Source of the DNA: an uncultured Acidobacteriota bacterium
Lineage (GTDB): Bacteria; Acidobacteriota; Thermoanaerobaculia; UBA5066; Gp7-AA6
Length of the DNA stretch: 64,000 bases
Direction: 5' to 3'
Assembly (NCBI GenBank): GCA_963739435.1
Contig: CAVUAN010000007.1
Coordinates: 25,371-89,370 of the forward strand
In this document: piece by piece, positions 1-9,390 of the stretch
How the letters are laid out: each line of letters begins with the position of its first letter
How positions within the stretch are numbered: position 1 is the first letter of the stretch
Notes under the pieces: generated by a model
What the model was told of the DNA's origin: nothing
Seen by the model: only the letters and a program-made list of their open reading frames with translations
Databases searched by the model: none
Position numbers and translations under genes: made by a program

Positions 1-60
1 GCGCATCAGGTCGGCGGGATAGTCCTCGTACCGGTAGCGCATCGAAGGGCGGTCAGTACT

Positions 61-95
61 CCCTCTCCCTCCGGGAGAGGGCCGGGGTGAGGGGC
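61..95 (+). repeat. REP-like 35-nt GC-rich element, copy 1 (CCCTCTCCCTCCGGGAGAGGGCCGGGGTGAGGGGC)
   Basis: An exact inverted copy lies at 3831-3865 and a near-copy at 43277-43310. It contains the hairpin CCCTCTCC/GGAGAGGG. Here it is intergenic, between a leftward gene start (ATG at 42) and the HpcH stop. Confidence 0.85.
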
Positions 96-114
96 GCACT
101 TGTGCCAGGGGCGG

Positions 115-867
115 TCATTTGAGAGCGGCCCTCCACGACCTTGCCGATTCCATGATCAGGGTGCGGTCGGCCATCGTGAAGAAGGTGTAGCCCTTCTCCC
201 GCAACGCCGGTATCTGGTCGGTGCGGGCGAGCATGATTCCGGCCGCCTTGCCGGCCTTCTTCGCCGCCGCGGCGATGCGCACGATCTCCGCCTGGTACCT
301 CGGATCCGTGTACTTGCCGGGGATGCCGAGCGCCTGCGTCAGGTCGTTCGGGCCCACATAGAGGATGTCGACCTGCGGCTCACGCGCGATCGAGGAGACT
401 TCCGCCAGCGCCCCGGCCGTTTCGATCTGGACGGCGACGAGCGTCGCATCGTTGGCCTCGACGACGAACTGATCGAGGGGAGTCGTTCCATAGCGGTTGG
501 CGCGCGCGCCGCCGAGGCCCCGCCGTCCTGTCGGCGGGAACTTGGCCAGCTCCACGGCCCCGCGCACCGCGGCCAGCCCATCGGCGCGCGGAAAGAGCGT
601 GCCCGCAGCTCCAGCATCGAGGCATCGCCCGACCTCGGCCGCCGTGCTCGAAGGCACCCGCACAACGGCGGGGAGGTCCGCGCCGTCGCAGGCTCGGACC
701 ATCGTTTCGACCGACTCGATGGAAAAGAACCCGTGCTCCGTGTCCAGAACGATGAAGTCGAGCCCGGCGAGGCCGAGGATTTCGGCGACGCCGCCGACCG
801 GCCACGTGAGAAAACACCCCAGGAGCGTCTCGCCTGCAAGGACTCTCGAGCGAAAAGATTGGTTCAT
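115..867 (-). CDS. HpcH/HpaI-family aldolase
   Basis: Intact 250-aa ORF with family-typical segments VVRVP, VAVQIET and LYVGPNDL. Confidence 0.8.
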   Translation of the reverse strand: MNQSFRSRVLAGETLLGCFLTWPVGGVAEILGLAGLDFIVLDTEHGFFSIESVETMVRACDGADLPAVVRVPSSTAAEVGRCLDAGAAGTLFPRADGLAAVRGAVELAKFPPTGRRGLGGARANRYGTTPLDQFVVEANDATLVAVQIETAGALAEVSSIAREPQVDILYVGPNDLTQALGIPGKYTDPRYQAEIVRIAAAAKKAGKAAGIMLARTDQIPALREKGYTFFTMADRTLIMESARSWRAALK

Positions 868-894
868 TGGTTCATTTATTCATTTGTTCATTGG
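863..894. repeat. Tandem array of 4 x 8 bp (TTCATTGG TTCATTTA TTCATTTG TTCATTGG) overlapping the HpcH start codon
   Basis: Read directly, with an exact 8-bp period at 863, 871, 879 and 887. It is an AT-rich patch in a GC-rich genome. On the coding strand each unit carries an ATG. Confidence 0.9.
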
Positions 895-915
895 GGCGGA
901 CAAGTCTCTCTCAGC

Positions 916-955
916 TCAATCTCTCAATGAATCAATGATTCAATGAATCAATTGC
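916..955. repeat. Tandem array of 5 x 8 bp (TCAATCTC TCAATGAA TCAATGAT TCAATGAA TCAATTGC) spanning the AAA+ ATPase stop codon
   Basis: Read directly, with an 8-bp period at 916, 924, 932, 940 and 948. The core AATGAA is the reverse complement of the TTCATT core of the 863-894 array. Confidence 0.9.
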
Positions 956-2501
956 TTCGGCTCTTCAGGAGGTTGAACTTCAGCATCTCGGCGTAGGAGA
1001 CCTTCGAGTCGAGGTCCTCGCGGGCGATCTTCAGGTGCAGGACGAGGCCTTCGAGGACGAGCTCCATGCCGATGGCGAGCTCCTCGGGCGAAGCCGGTGC
1101 GAACCGCTCCTCGACCGCTTTCTTCAGGCCCGGCACGGATTCGAGGGCCTTTACGTGCTCGGTAAAAGGCGTGTCGTCGGAGATCGTGATGCGGTTGCCT
1201 CCCGCAAACCACTCGATGATCGGCTCGTAAAGCGGGTGGATCTTCTCGGGCGCGGGGCGCGCCCGGCGCGCGGCGGCGGCGCTGGCCTCCTCGAGGCCCC
1301 CGGTCTCCTCGGTTTCCTCCCGGCGGCGCTGCGTCGGCCGGCCCGCGTCGGGCGCGGGGAACTTCGCGTCGAAGTGCTTCTTGATGGCCGCGCCGATCAG
1401 CTTCTTGGCCACGACCTCGGAGCCCTGCTGTTCGCCCTCATAGACCATCTCGACTTTTCCGGTGATGGCCGGCAGTGTGGCCGGAAGATCACAGAGGCGC
1501 GGGGAGACCTTCTTCTCGTGGTTGCGGAGGCCGCGCCGCTCGAGATTGGACGCCAGCACCTCGATGGCCGAGATCGGCATGCGGGCCGAGACCCCCGAGG
1601 ACTGGTCCACGAACTCGGAGCTGCGCGCCGCAAAAGTGATCTGCTCGACCAGCTCCCGGAAGAAGTCCGGGATCTCGACGGACGGCTCGCCGTCGCGGGT
1701 GAGCCAGGCTTCCTGGGCCGTGATCTTCGCGGCCGTCTTCACGTCATCGGGGTAGTGCGTCAGGATTTGCGAGGAGATGCGGTCTTTGAGCGGCGTGATG
1801 ATGTTGCCGCGGTTCGTGTAGTCCTCCGGGTTGGCGGAGAAGACGAGCAGGATGTCGAGGGGGATGCGCACCGGGAAGCCCCGGATCTGCAGGTCCCGTT
1901 CCTCGAGGATGTTGAGCAAGCCCACCTGGATGCGCGGCTGCAGGTCGGGCAGCTCGTTGATGGCGAAGATGCCGCGGTTGGTGCGAGGCACGATGCCGAA
2001 GTGGATGACCTCTTCGTCGGAATAGGAGCGGCGCTCGGTGGCCGCCTTGATCGGGTCGATGTCTCCGATCAGGTCGGCGATGGTGACGTCCGGGGTCGCG
2101 AGCTTCTCGCGGTACCGCTCGTCGCGGGGAATCCAGGCGATCGGCGTCGCATCGCCCTTCTCGGCCAGCAGGCGCCGGCCATACTTGGTGATGGGAGCGA
2201 ACGGATCCTCGTTGACCTCGCTGCCCTCGATCGCCGGGATCTCGGCGTCCAGAAGATTCACGAGCGAGCGCAGCAGGCGCGTCTTGGCCTGGCCGCGAAG
2301 GCCGAGGAGCAGCATGTCGTGGCGCGAGAGGATCGCGTTGTGCATGGCCGGCAGGACCGTGCGGTCGTAGCCGTAGATGCCGGGAAAGGGGTTGTCTCCC
2401 TTCGCCAGCGCCTGGCGCAGGTTCTGCCGCAGCTCGTCCTTGACGGTTCGGGGCGCGTAGCCGCTCGTTTTCAGGTCGCCGAAGGTCTGTGGTTTTTTCA
2501 C
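948..2501 (-). CDS. AAA+ ATPase, Mg-chelatase ChlI/BchI-like family
   Basis: ORF 948-2729 read from GTG 2501 (VKKPQTF...). It has a P-loop-like LLLGLRGQAKT and a Walker-B/sensor region IFAINELPDL. The 76 codons upstream in the same frame belong to the neighbouring thioredoxin-like gene. Confidence 0.7.
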   Translation of the reverse strand: MKKPQTFGDLKTSGYAPRTVKDELRQNLRQALAKGDNPFPGIYGYDRTVLPAMHNAILSRHDMLLLGLRGQAKTRLLRSLVNLLDAEIPAIEGSEVNEDPFAPITKYGRRLLAEKGDATPIAWIPRDERYREKLATPDVTIADLIGDIDPIKAATERRSYSDEEVIHFGIVPRTNRGIFAINELPDLQPRIQVGLLNILEERDLQIRGFPVRIPLDILLVFSANPEDYTNRGNIITPLKDRISSQILTHYPDDVKTAAKITAQEAWLTRDGEPSVEIPDFFRELVEQITFAARSSEFVDQSSGVSARMPISAIEVLASNLERRGLRNHEKKVSPRLCDLPATLPAITGKVEMVYEGEQQGSEVVAKKLIGAAIKKHFDAKFPAPDAGRPTQRRREETEETGGLEEASAAAARRARPAPEKIHPLYEPIIEWFAGGNRITISDDTPFTEHVKALESVPGLKKAVEERFAPASPEELAIGMELVLEGLVLHLKIAREDLDSKVSYAEMLKFNLLKSRSN

Positions 2502-2557
2502 GGTGTCCCTGTTACCTCTCCGTTGTGGTCGGACTACCTGTCCGCGTTGCGGGAGTG

Positions 2558-3075
2558 TCAGCCGGCCTTGAGCGCCGGGACGTTCTCGCCGGGCTGGAAG
2601 AGCTGAGCGGACGCTCTTCCCGGCCAGCGAAGCGGCCTCGGCGGCGAAGTCCTGCATCTTCTGTTTCTGGAATCCGACGACGACATCGCGGAGCTTGCCG
2701 TCCTTGCCCACCCGAAGAAAGGTCGGCACGGTCTCGATCCCGAGAGCTTCCGAGGCGCGCCACGGTTCGTCGTCGAAGAGGGTCTCGGAGCTGCACGCCG
2801 AGGCGGCGGTTGAATTCCGCGGTCAGGCCGGCGTCGTCCTGCGAGACGGCCACGACCTCGAGGGCGCCTCCCTTCGGCCAGTCGGCCGATCCTGTCGAGA
2901 ACGGCCAGGCGAGCTCGCACGTGGGGCAGGTGGTCTTGAAGACGCCGTAGAGGGCCTCTCCGGCCGGCCGAGCCGTCTTGTTGCCGCGCGTGTCCGAGAG
3001 CTCGAGCCTCGGAAATGCGCTGCCGGGAGTGAGGACCGCCACGAAGGCGATTATAGACTTCGGTTTCTTTCCCAT
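2558..3075 (-). pseudogene. Secreted thioredoxin-fold (TlpA/redoxin-like) protein, 2 frameshifts as assembled
   Basis: Signal-peptide-like MGKKPKSIIAFVAVLTPGSA, a CPTC redox motif, and the thioredoxin-fold piece ETVPTFLRVGKDGKL. The pieces sit in three frames, with shifts near 2797 and 2612. Confidence 0.6.
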
Positions 3076-3376
3076 GAGCCAACCCGAGACCGAACCCGAT
3101 CCACTCGAGGGACTGAGCGATGCTGCCGGCGCCACGCTCGACCGGGTGGCCATCCGCACGCGGGAAAGCGACCTCACGTTCTCGGCGTGGCGCCTCGGCT
3201 TCGTCGCCGCGCAGGGCGATGGCGTGATTTTTCTCGTCGAGACACCTGGAGGCGGCTCGCTCTTTCGCGGCGACGGCGTCTGTCTCGGCTGGCCGCAGCA
3301 ACGCCTCGAAGCCGCGTACAGGCGCCTGCTTCCCGCCGGCAGCGATCCCGAACCGGACCCCGGCCAGCTCGGGTAG
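3074..3376 (+). CDS. Hypothetical protein (100 aa)
   Basis: Protein-like composition from ATG 3074, whereas the antisense frame here is S/P/R-rich. It shares third-codon positions with the antisense ORF, so it could be a shadow ORF. No family recognised. Confidence 0.35.
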   Translation: MSQPETEPDPLEGLSDAAGATLDRVAIRTRESDLTFSAWRLGFVAAQGDGVIFLVETPGGGSLFRGDGVCLGWPQQRLEAAYRRLLPAGSDPEPDPGQLG

Positions 3377-3396
3377 GGCTCGGGCCAGCGGCTGGA

Positions 3397-3879
3397 GCGC
3401 CGCGCGTCGAGAACGAGCCGGTCGTCTTCGGTCAGGGCGGGCGCTGCAGCGGGGTAGTAGATGCGTTCCATCTCGCCCTCGTGGGCTGCCGAGCCGCCGT
3501 CCAGGTTCTCGATGAGGCCCAGGATGTCGCCGACCGATCCTCCCTTGCCGACCTGCTCGAGCAGATAGCGCGTCAGCTCCCGAACCTGGACGTACTCGAG
3601 CTTGAGCTCGCGCTGGGGGTCGCGCCCGGGCACGCCGGTGCGGGCGAGGACGGGCAGCAGCACGCGCTCCTCGGCTTGCGTCCAGCTTCGGAGCGCCGCT
3701 TCGAAGTCGCGCAGCGCCATCTCGTAGGCGGCGCGGTCCCGCCGGTCGAAGGCGCGCCGGAAGTCGTCGAAGCGCGAGCGCAGCAAGGCCTGAGGGAGAA
3801 GCAGGGAATGGAGTGAATCGGCAATAGTTTGCCCCTCACCCCGGCCCTCTCCCGGAGGGAGAGGGGGAAGATCGCTCAT
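3397..3879 (-). CDS. Hemerythrin-like (HHE cation-binding) domain protein; 3' end unresolved
   Basis: Paired His/Glu helices (AAHEGEMERIYYP, ERVLLPVLA). ATG 3879 overlaps the fdhE stop (ATGA). There is no in-frame stop until 2512, so the listed end is only where the domain-like sequence stops. Confidence 0.5.
3831..3865 (-). repeat. REP-like 35-nt element, copy 2 (inverted, exact)
   Basis: The reverse complement equals 61-95 exactly. It lies inside the first 16 codons of the hemerythrin-like ORF, translating as PPLPPGEGRGEG. Confidence 0.85.
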
Positions 3880-4691
3880 AGGCCGGCCAGCCCGGGCTCG
3901 AGCCTCGAATAGCCCTGCTCGACGGCCCAGAGGTCCATCGACAGCGAGGCGACGTCGTCCACTTCCGGCAGCGGCCGGGCGTCCTGGGAGAGGTCGAGCG
4001 ACTTCACGTACCGGCGGCAGGTCTCGCAGGCCTCGACCCGCACCGAAGGGTGAGCGTCGCTGGTGAAGGAGGGAAGCTTCTCGGGATCCTCCTCGAAGCA
4101 GGAAGGGCAGAGGATGCGGTTGAACGCGAACTCGAGCCCGCAGAGGCCGCAGACGAGGAAGCGCGCGGCCCCTTCGCCCTCCGAGCCGCCGCGGCGGCAG
4201 GCGACCGCGGGCGCGCCGCCGCAGAAAGGGCAGCGACCGTGCCGATGGACCCGATGGGGCGCGACGTTCCCCGCGCGCAGCACCTCGACGTACGGGCGCA
4301 GCATCGCTCGCGAGAGATAGTCCTCGGCGGCCGGCCTGTCGTCGCTCCAGAAGACCATGAGGCGCGTTCTCGCGGTCGCCTCGTCCTCGGCGGCGCGGGA
4401 ACGCGCGTCTTCCGCGAGGGCGGCCGGGCCTTTTGCCGCGGCGAAGCGGGGCACCTCGTACAGGCGAGCGATCATTCTGTCGAGATCCTCGTCGAGGTGC
4501 CCCGTGAGCGGCCGGGCGGCGTGCGCGGCCTCGAGGGCAGCGGCAAGCGCGCCTTGCGCCCGCAGGAGGCCCGCGACAAACGTCAGCGGCTCCGCCGCGG
4601 CCGAGGAGACGCGGGCCAGGGCCTCGGCCCGCGCGGCACGCTCTTCGAAAACGGCGGAGGGTCGGGGGCTATTTCGGACGGGGAACGTCAC
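3876..4691 (-). CDS. fdhE: Formate dehydrogenase accessory protein FdhE
   Basis: 271 aa with the FdhE-type four CxxC pairs (CPFCGG, CGLCG, CPSC, CETCRRY), placed directly after fdnI. Confidence 0.85.
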   Translation of the reverse strand: MTFPVRNSPRPSAVFEERAARAEALARVSSAAAEPLTFVAGLLRAQGALAAALEAAHAARPLTGHLDEDLDRMIARLYEVPRFAAAKGPAALAEDARSRAAEDEATARTRLMVFWSDDRPAAEDYLSRAMLRPYVEVLRAGNVAPHRVHRHGRCPFCGGAPAVACRRGGSEGEGAARFLVCGLCGLEFAFNRILCPSCFEEDPEKLPSFTSDAHPSVRVEACETCRRYVKSLDLSQDARPLPEVDDVASLSMDLWAVEQGYSRLEPGLAGL

Positions 4692-5376
4692 CCGTGACTT
4701 CGCGGTACCAGCGGGGATGGTGCAGGCGAGCCCAGGCCTTGCTCACGGTGCCCCGCGTCATCGAGCCGAACGTGCCGGGCTCGGCCGCGGTCCCGAGGTA
4801 GATGTGGAAGACGATCGCGACGGCGGCCAGGATGAACGTGACGTCGTGCAGGAGAATCGAGAGCAGGCGCAGGAACTGCGGGAATGCCATCGGGAACCAC
4901 ATCACGACACCGGTCACGAGGAATCCGAGCGCCGCCAGCGACATGGCCCAGAAGAGGAGCTTCTGTCCGCCGTTGTACTTGCCGACGTCCTGGTCGTTGC
5001 TCTCGTAGCGCATGTACTCGAAGAGCTTGGGCCCGATCCAGCCCTTCTCCGATTGCTCGAGTGCCATCTGTCCTCCCCAGTGGACAAACATGACGACCGA
5101 AGCTACGGAGAAGGCAACGCCGGACCACGGGTGGAGCCACCGGCAAACGGCCAGCCCCCCGAAAAGGTGCGACATCCATCCGAAGATCGGCGACCAGATG
5201 GGCATGCCGGTCAGGATGCACACGAAGAAGAAGACCGCCACCGACCAGTGGATGACGCGGGAAGACCGGCGGTGCCGGACGATCTCGCTGCCGACGACGA
5301 TGTCTTCGCGGTCGCGGCCGGCGGCGACCCCGGCGTCGAAGTGCCCGCTGTGAGCAATCGGCTTCGCGGTGCTCAT
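4669..5376 (-). CDS. fdnI: Formate dehydrogenase cytochrome b556 (gamma) subunit
   Basis: ATG 5376 overlaps the fdnH stop (ATGA). It is a multi-TM protein with heme-ligand His residues (VIHWSV, FHIYLG). Confidence 0.85.
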   Translation of the reverse strand: MSTAKPIAHSGHFDAGVAAGRDREDIVVGSEIVRHRRSSRVIHWSVAVFFFVCILTGMPIWSPIFGWMSHLFGGLAVCRWLHPWSGVAFSVASVVMFVHWGGQMALEQSEKGWIGPKLFEYMRYESNDQDVGKYNGGQKLLFWAMSLAALGFLVTGVVMWFPMAFPQFLRLLSILLHDVTFILAAVAIVFHIYLGTAAEPGTFGSMTRGTVSKAWARLHHPRWYREVTGDVPRPK

Positions 5377-6251
5377 GACGCCATCCTTTCGGAATCGCCG
5401 CCCGAAGGCGGCTCCTTGCGCCCGAACTTCGTGTAGTGGCCGAAGGCCCCGATGACGGCGCCGAAGACGGCGATCATCCCGAGCGGCTTCAGGACCTTCT
5501 TCCAGAACTTGACGGCCAGCGGCACGTGCGGGTCTTTCGGCAGGCCGTACCACTCCAGGTGGTCGCCGTGGGCAAGGACGGTGACGACCCCCGTGCCGCC
5601 CACGCCCTGCGGGTTGTAGAGTATGGCCTCCTTCATCCCGTTGGCCTGGAGCTGCGCCACCCGCTGGTTGCCGAGGGCAACCATGTCGTCTTTCGTGCCG
5701 AAGTGGAGGCAGCCCGTCGGGCAGGCCTTGATGCAAGCCGGCTCGAGGCCGACCGCCACGCGGTCGACGCACAGCGTGCACTTGGCCATCTTGGTCGTCG
5801 TCGGATGGAAACGAGGCACGTCAAACGGGCAGCCCGATTCGCAGTAGCCGCAGCCGATGCACTGATCGGGGTTGACGTCCACGATGCCGTTGGAGTACTG
5901 GACGATGGCTCCGGGAGCCGGGCAGGCGGCGAGACAGCCGGGCTCGTCGCAGTGCATGCACTGGTCCTTGCGCATCAACCAGACGATCCCTCCGTCGAAG
6001 TCGCGCTCGGAGAAGCGGATCAGGTTCCAGAACTCCGCCTGGAGCGTGGGCAGCGTCTGATAGGAGCCGAACTGCGTCGTCGCGACGTTCGGCAGGTCGT
6101 TCCATTCCTGGCAGGCCACCTCGCAGGCCTTGCAGCCGATGCAGGTGGTGGTGTCGATGTACTTGGCGACTTTGGCCACCTGGCGCATCCCGGACAGCCC
6201 GCCGATGAGCGAGGCCGAGGAGCGTCGGATCTCGAGGTTCTGTACGCTCAT
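5373..6251 (-). CDS. fdnH: Formate dehydrogenase iron-sulfur (beta) subunit
   Basis: Multiple CxxCxxCxxxCP ferredoxin motifs and a C-terminal TM anchor. Confidence 0.9.
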   Translation of the reverse strand: MSVQNLEIRRSSASLIGGLSGMRQVAKVAKYIDTTTCIGCKACEVACQEWNDLPNVATTQFGSYQTLPTLQAEFWNLIRFSERDFDGGIVWLMRKDQCMHCDEPGCLAACPAPGAIVQYSNGIVDVNPDQCIGCGYCESGCPFDVPRFHPTTTKMAKCTLCVDRVAVGLEPACIKACPTGCLHFGTKDDMVALGNQRVAQLQANGMKEAILYNPQGVGGTGVVTVLAHGDHLEWYGLPKDPHVPLAVKFWKKVLKPLGMIAVFGAVIGAFGHYTKFGRKEPPSGGDSERMAS

Positions 6252-6261
6252 GCTCGCCTCC

Positions 6262-9200
6262 TCAAGCCTTCTCGACCTTCACGAGGAAGGTCTTGTATTC
6301 CGGGGTCCACGTGTTCGGATCGAGCACCGCGGCCGTCAGGAAGTTGGCGAGCGGGCCGATGCGCACCCCCGCGAAGCCCCAGTGGATGGGGAAGCCGATC
6401 TGCCAGATGTTCTTGCCGTCCACTTGAAGCGGTTTGAGACGTTTGGTCACCAATGCCTTGCCCTGGATCGAGCCTCTCGCGCTCGAGACCTTGAGCATCT
6501 GCTCGTTGGCGATGCCCTGCTCTTTCGCCATCTCCTCCGGAACCTCGAAGAAGAAGTCGGGCTGCACCTCGTTCAGCCTGGCGTTGTGCTGAGTCCAGTA
6601 GTGGAAGTGCTCGGTCAGCCGGTAGGTCGTGCACACGACCGGGAACTGGTCCCTCTTTCCGAACACGTCCTTGTCGGAGGAAAACTTCTTGGCCACCGGA
6701 TTGGAGCTCACCTTCGGATGCAGCACGTTGTCCGCCGGCGCCTCGTAGGCCTCGTAGTGCTCGGGGAAGGGGCCATCGTTCAGCGCCGGAGCGTAGAGCC
6801 GGCCGACGCCCTCCGGGTTCATGATGAAGGCGCCGAACGTGCCGGGCGGGGCGTCGGGCTTCATGTCGGGCACGTCGCCCACCCACTTCTCGCCGTTCCA
6901 CTTGATGCCGGCGCGCGTGGGATCCCAGGGCTTGCCGTCCTTGTCCGCAGAGGCCCGGTTGTACATGACGCGGCGGTTGGCCGGCCAGGAGAAGCCCCAG
7001 TTGTGGAACATGCCGAGGCCGTTGGGATCGGCGTTCACGCGGCGGGCCGTGTTGTTTCCCGCTTCGGTGAAGGCGCCCGAGTAGAGCCAGTTGCCGCAGG
7101 AGGTCGTTCCGTCGTCCTGGAGCTGGCCAAAGCCATCGACCTGCTGGCCGGCGGCCTTCAGGATCTTCGTCTTGTCCTTGGGGTCGGGGATGTCGGCGAG
7201 CGCCTTGCCGTTGATCTCCTTCAAGACTTCCGAGAGATCCGGGATCGTCGGGTTCGTGTAGGCCCACGTCAGGTTGGCGATCGCCTCGGGGAGCGGGCCT
7301 CCCTCCTTGGCGTAGAGCGCCTTGACCGCGAGCACGATGCGCGCCAGGATCTCTTGGTCCTGCTTGGCCTGGCCGGGCGGATCGAGGGCCTTCCACTTCC
7401 ACTGGGCCCAGCGCGCCGAGTTCGTGAAGCTGCCGTCCTTCTCGGCGAAGAGCGCCGCCGGCAGCAGGAAGACCTCGGTCTGGATCTTCGAAGGCTCGGC
7501 GCCGCCGTATTCCTTGGGCGCCTTCCAGAACTGAGCGGTCTCGGTCTCGACGTTCTCGGCCACGACCAGCCACTTCAGCTTCGAGAGCGCGGCGACCATC
7601 TTGCCGGTGTTCGGGCCCGTGCCCATGGGGTTCATTCCGAACGAGATCAGGCCCTCGGGCCCCGGCTCCGTGCCTCCGGCGCGCTTGGAGCTGCCCCGGT
7701 ACATGTCGTCGAACATGAAGGCCCACGACGAGGTCATGGGGCCTTCCACTTTCGGCATCCAGGCGTAGCCGAAGTCGTTTTCCTTCGTCGCGGCGCCGCC
7801 ATAGAGCGTCTTCAAAAGGGAGACCATGAACTTCGGATAGTTCTGCCAGTAGTTCATGGACGGCCAGGGCGTCTTGTTGAGCGTCACCGGCGTGTTGGTC
7901 TCGAGGTACTCCTTCAAGCTTTGCTGCGCCGCGACGGGCGTCTTCAGATACCCCGGCAGCCACTCCGTGTTGCCCGCCATGTCGGTCGCCCCCTGGATAT
8001 TGGAGTGGCCGCGCAGGGCGTTGACGCCGCCTCCCGGGCGTCCGACGTTGCCAAGCAGGAGCTGCATCATCGCGGCGCAGCGGATGATCTGCACGCCCGT
8101 CGAATGCTCGGTCCAGCCGAGGGCGTACATGATCGTGCCGACGCGGGCAGCCGTGCCCGTGGAGCTCACGAGCTCGGCGACCTTCAGGAAGGTCTCCTTC
8201 GGCACGCCGCAGATCCTCGAGACCATCTCGGGCGTGTAGCGCTCGACGTGCTTCTTCAAGAGCTGGAAAACACAGCGCGGGTTCTGAAGCGTCTCGTCCA
8301 CTTCGTAACCCTTGGACTTCGGGTTCGCCTCGTAGGCCCAGGCGGTCTTGTCGTAGGCCTTGGTCTCCTCGTTCCAGCCGGCGAACAGGCCGTCGGTGAA
8401 GCCGAACTTCTCCCCAATCACATACGGGGCGTTGGTGTGAATCCTGACGTAGTCCTCGTGGTACTTCTTGTTCTCGATGATGTAGCGGATGAGGCCGAGG
8501 AGGTAGGCGATGTCCGTGCCGGAGCGGATCGGCGAGTAGACGTCGGCGACGGCGGCCGTCCGCGTGAACCGTGGATCGACCGCCACGATCTTCGCGTTAC
8601 GGGTCTTCTTCGCCTCGATCGCCCACTTGAAGCCGCAGGGATGGTTCTCGGCGGGGTTACCGCCCATGCACAAAATGACGTCGGCGTTCTTGATGTCCAC
8701 CCATCCGTTGGTCATCGCCCCGCGCCCGAACGTGGCGGCCAAACTGGCCACCGTTGGGCCGTGTCATACCCGGGCTTGGGTATCCCTGTAGACGACGCCC
8801 CAGGAGACGCCCGCCTTGTACTGGAGCATGTTGAACTCGTTGGTGTCGGTGCAGCCGCCGATCATCCCGAAGCCGGGGTTTCGGTTGACGACCTGACCCT
8901 GGGCGTTCTTCGCGACGAAGCACTTGTCCCGGGTCTGCTTGATGTGGCCGGCGATCTGTGCGATCGCGTCGTTCCACGAGATGTCCTCCCACTTGTCGGA
9001 GCCGGGCCGGCGCACCATCGGTCGTTGCAGGCGCTGCTTGTGGGCGATGTCTTCCTTCAGCGCGATGCCCTTGGGGCACAGCGTCCCTCGATTGATGGGG
9101 TGATCCGGGTCGCCCTCGATGTGGACCACGGCGGACGTCGAGTTTTTTGCCCGATCGCCAAGCGTGTGGATGATCACGCCGCAGGAGACCGCGCAGTAGG

Positions 9201-9339
9201 GGCAGGTGCTGCGGGTCTCCGTCGTGCGCGAGATCTTGAACTCGCGCATCTCGGCTTTCGCCTTCGAGACGTCGAATCCGAGAGCGATCGTCGAACCGAT
9301 CGTGGTGGCCTTCAGGAATCCGCGACGGGTCAACTCCAT
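6262..9339 (-). CDS. fdnG: Formate dehydrogenase-N/O type alpha subunit, selenocysteine-containing, Tat-exported
   Basis: Two track ORFs (8764-9357 and 6262-8751) are joined by an in-frame TGA at 8764-8766 in the conserved context QARV-U-HGPTVASLAATFGRGAMTN. Tat signal MELTRRGFLK. SD GGAGGAGG lies upstream of ATG 9339. Confidence 0.9.
8730..8754 (-). promoter_or_regulatory. Candidate SECIS stem-loop
   Basis: mRNA-sense ACGGUGGCCAGUUUGGCCGCCACGU begins 10 nt 3' of the UGA. It forms an ACG/CGU plus UGGC/GCCA stem with one bulged G. Folded by eye only. Confidence 0.5.
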
Positions 9340-9390
9340 CGGTGAACCCTCCTCCAACGCGGCGCTCTTATGAGAATCGTAATTACAGGG

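Noticed and set aside
3073-3076. Back-to-back start codons sharing a CATG (also at 10398-10401) as a deliberate divergent-overlap signal
   Set aside because: In each case one of the two starts is doubtful (a possible shadow ORF at 3074, alternative fdhD starts at 10385). Two occurrences are compatible with chance.
6130-9345. 1071-aa plus-strand ORF, the longest in the track
   Set aside because: It lies antisense to fdnG and shares its third-codon positions. It has Arg/Gly/Val/His-rich composition and no recognisable motifs, which is the typical pattern of a high-GC shadow ORF.
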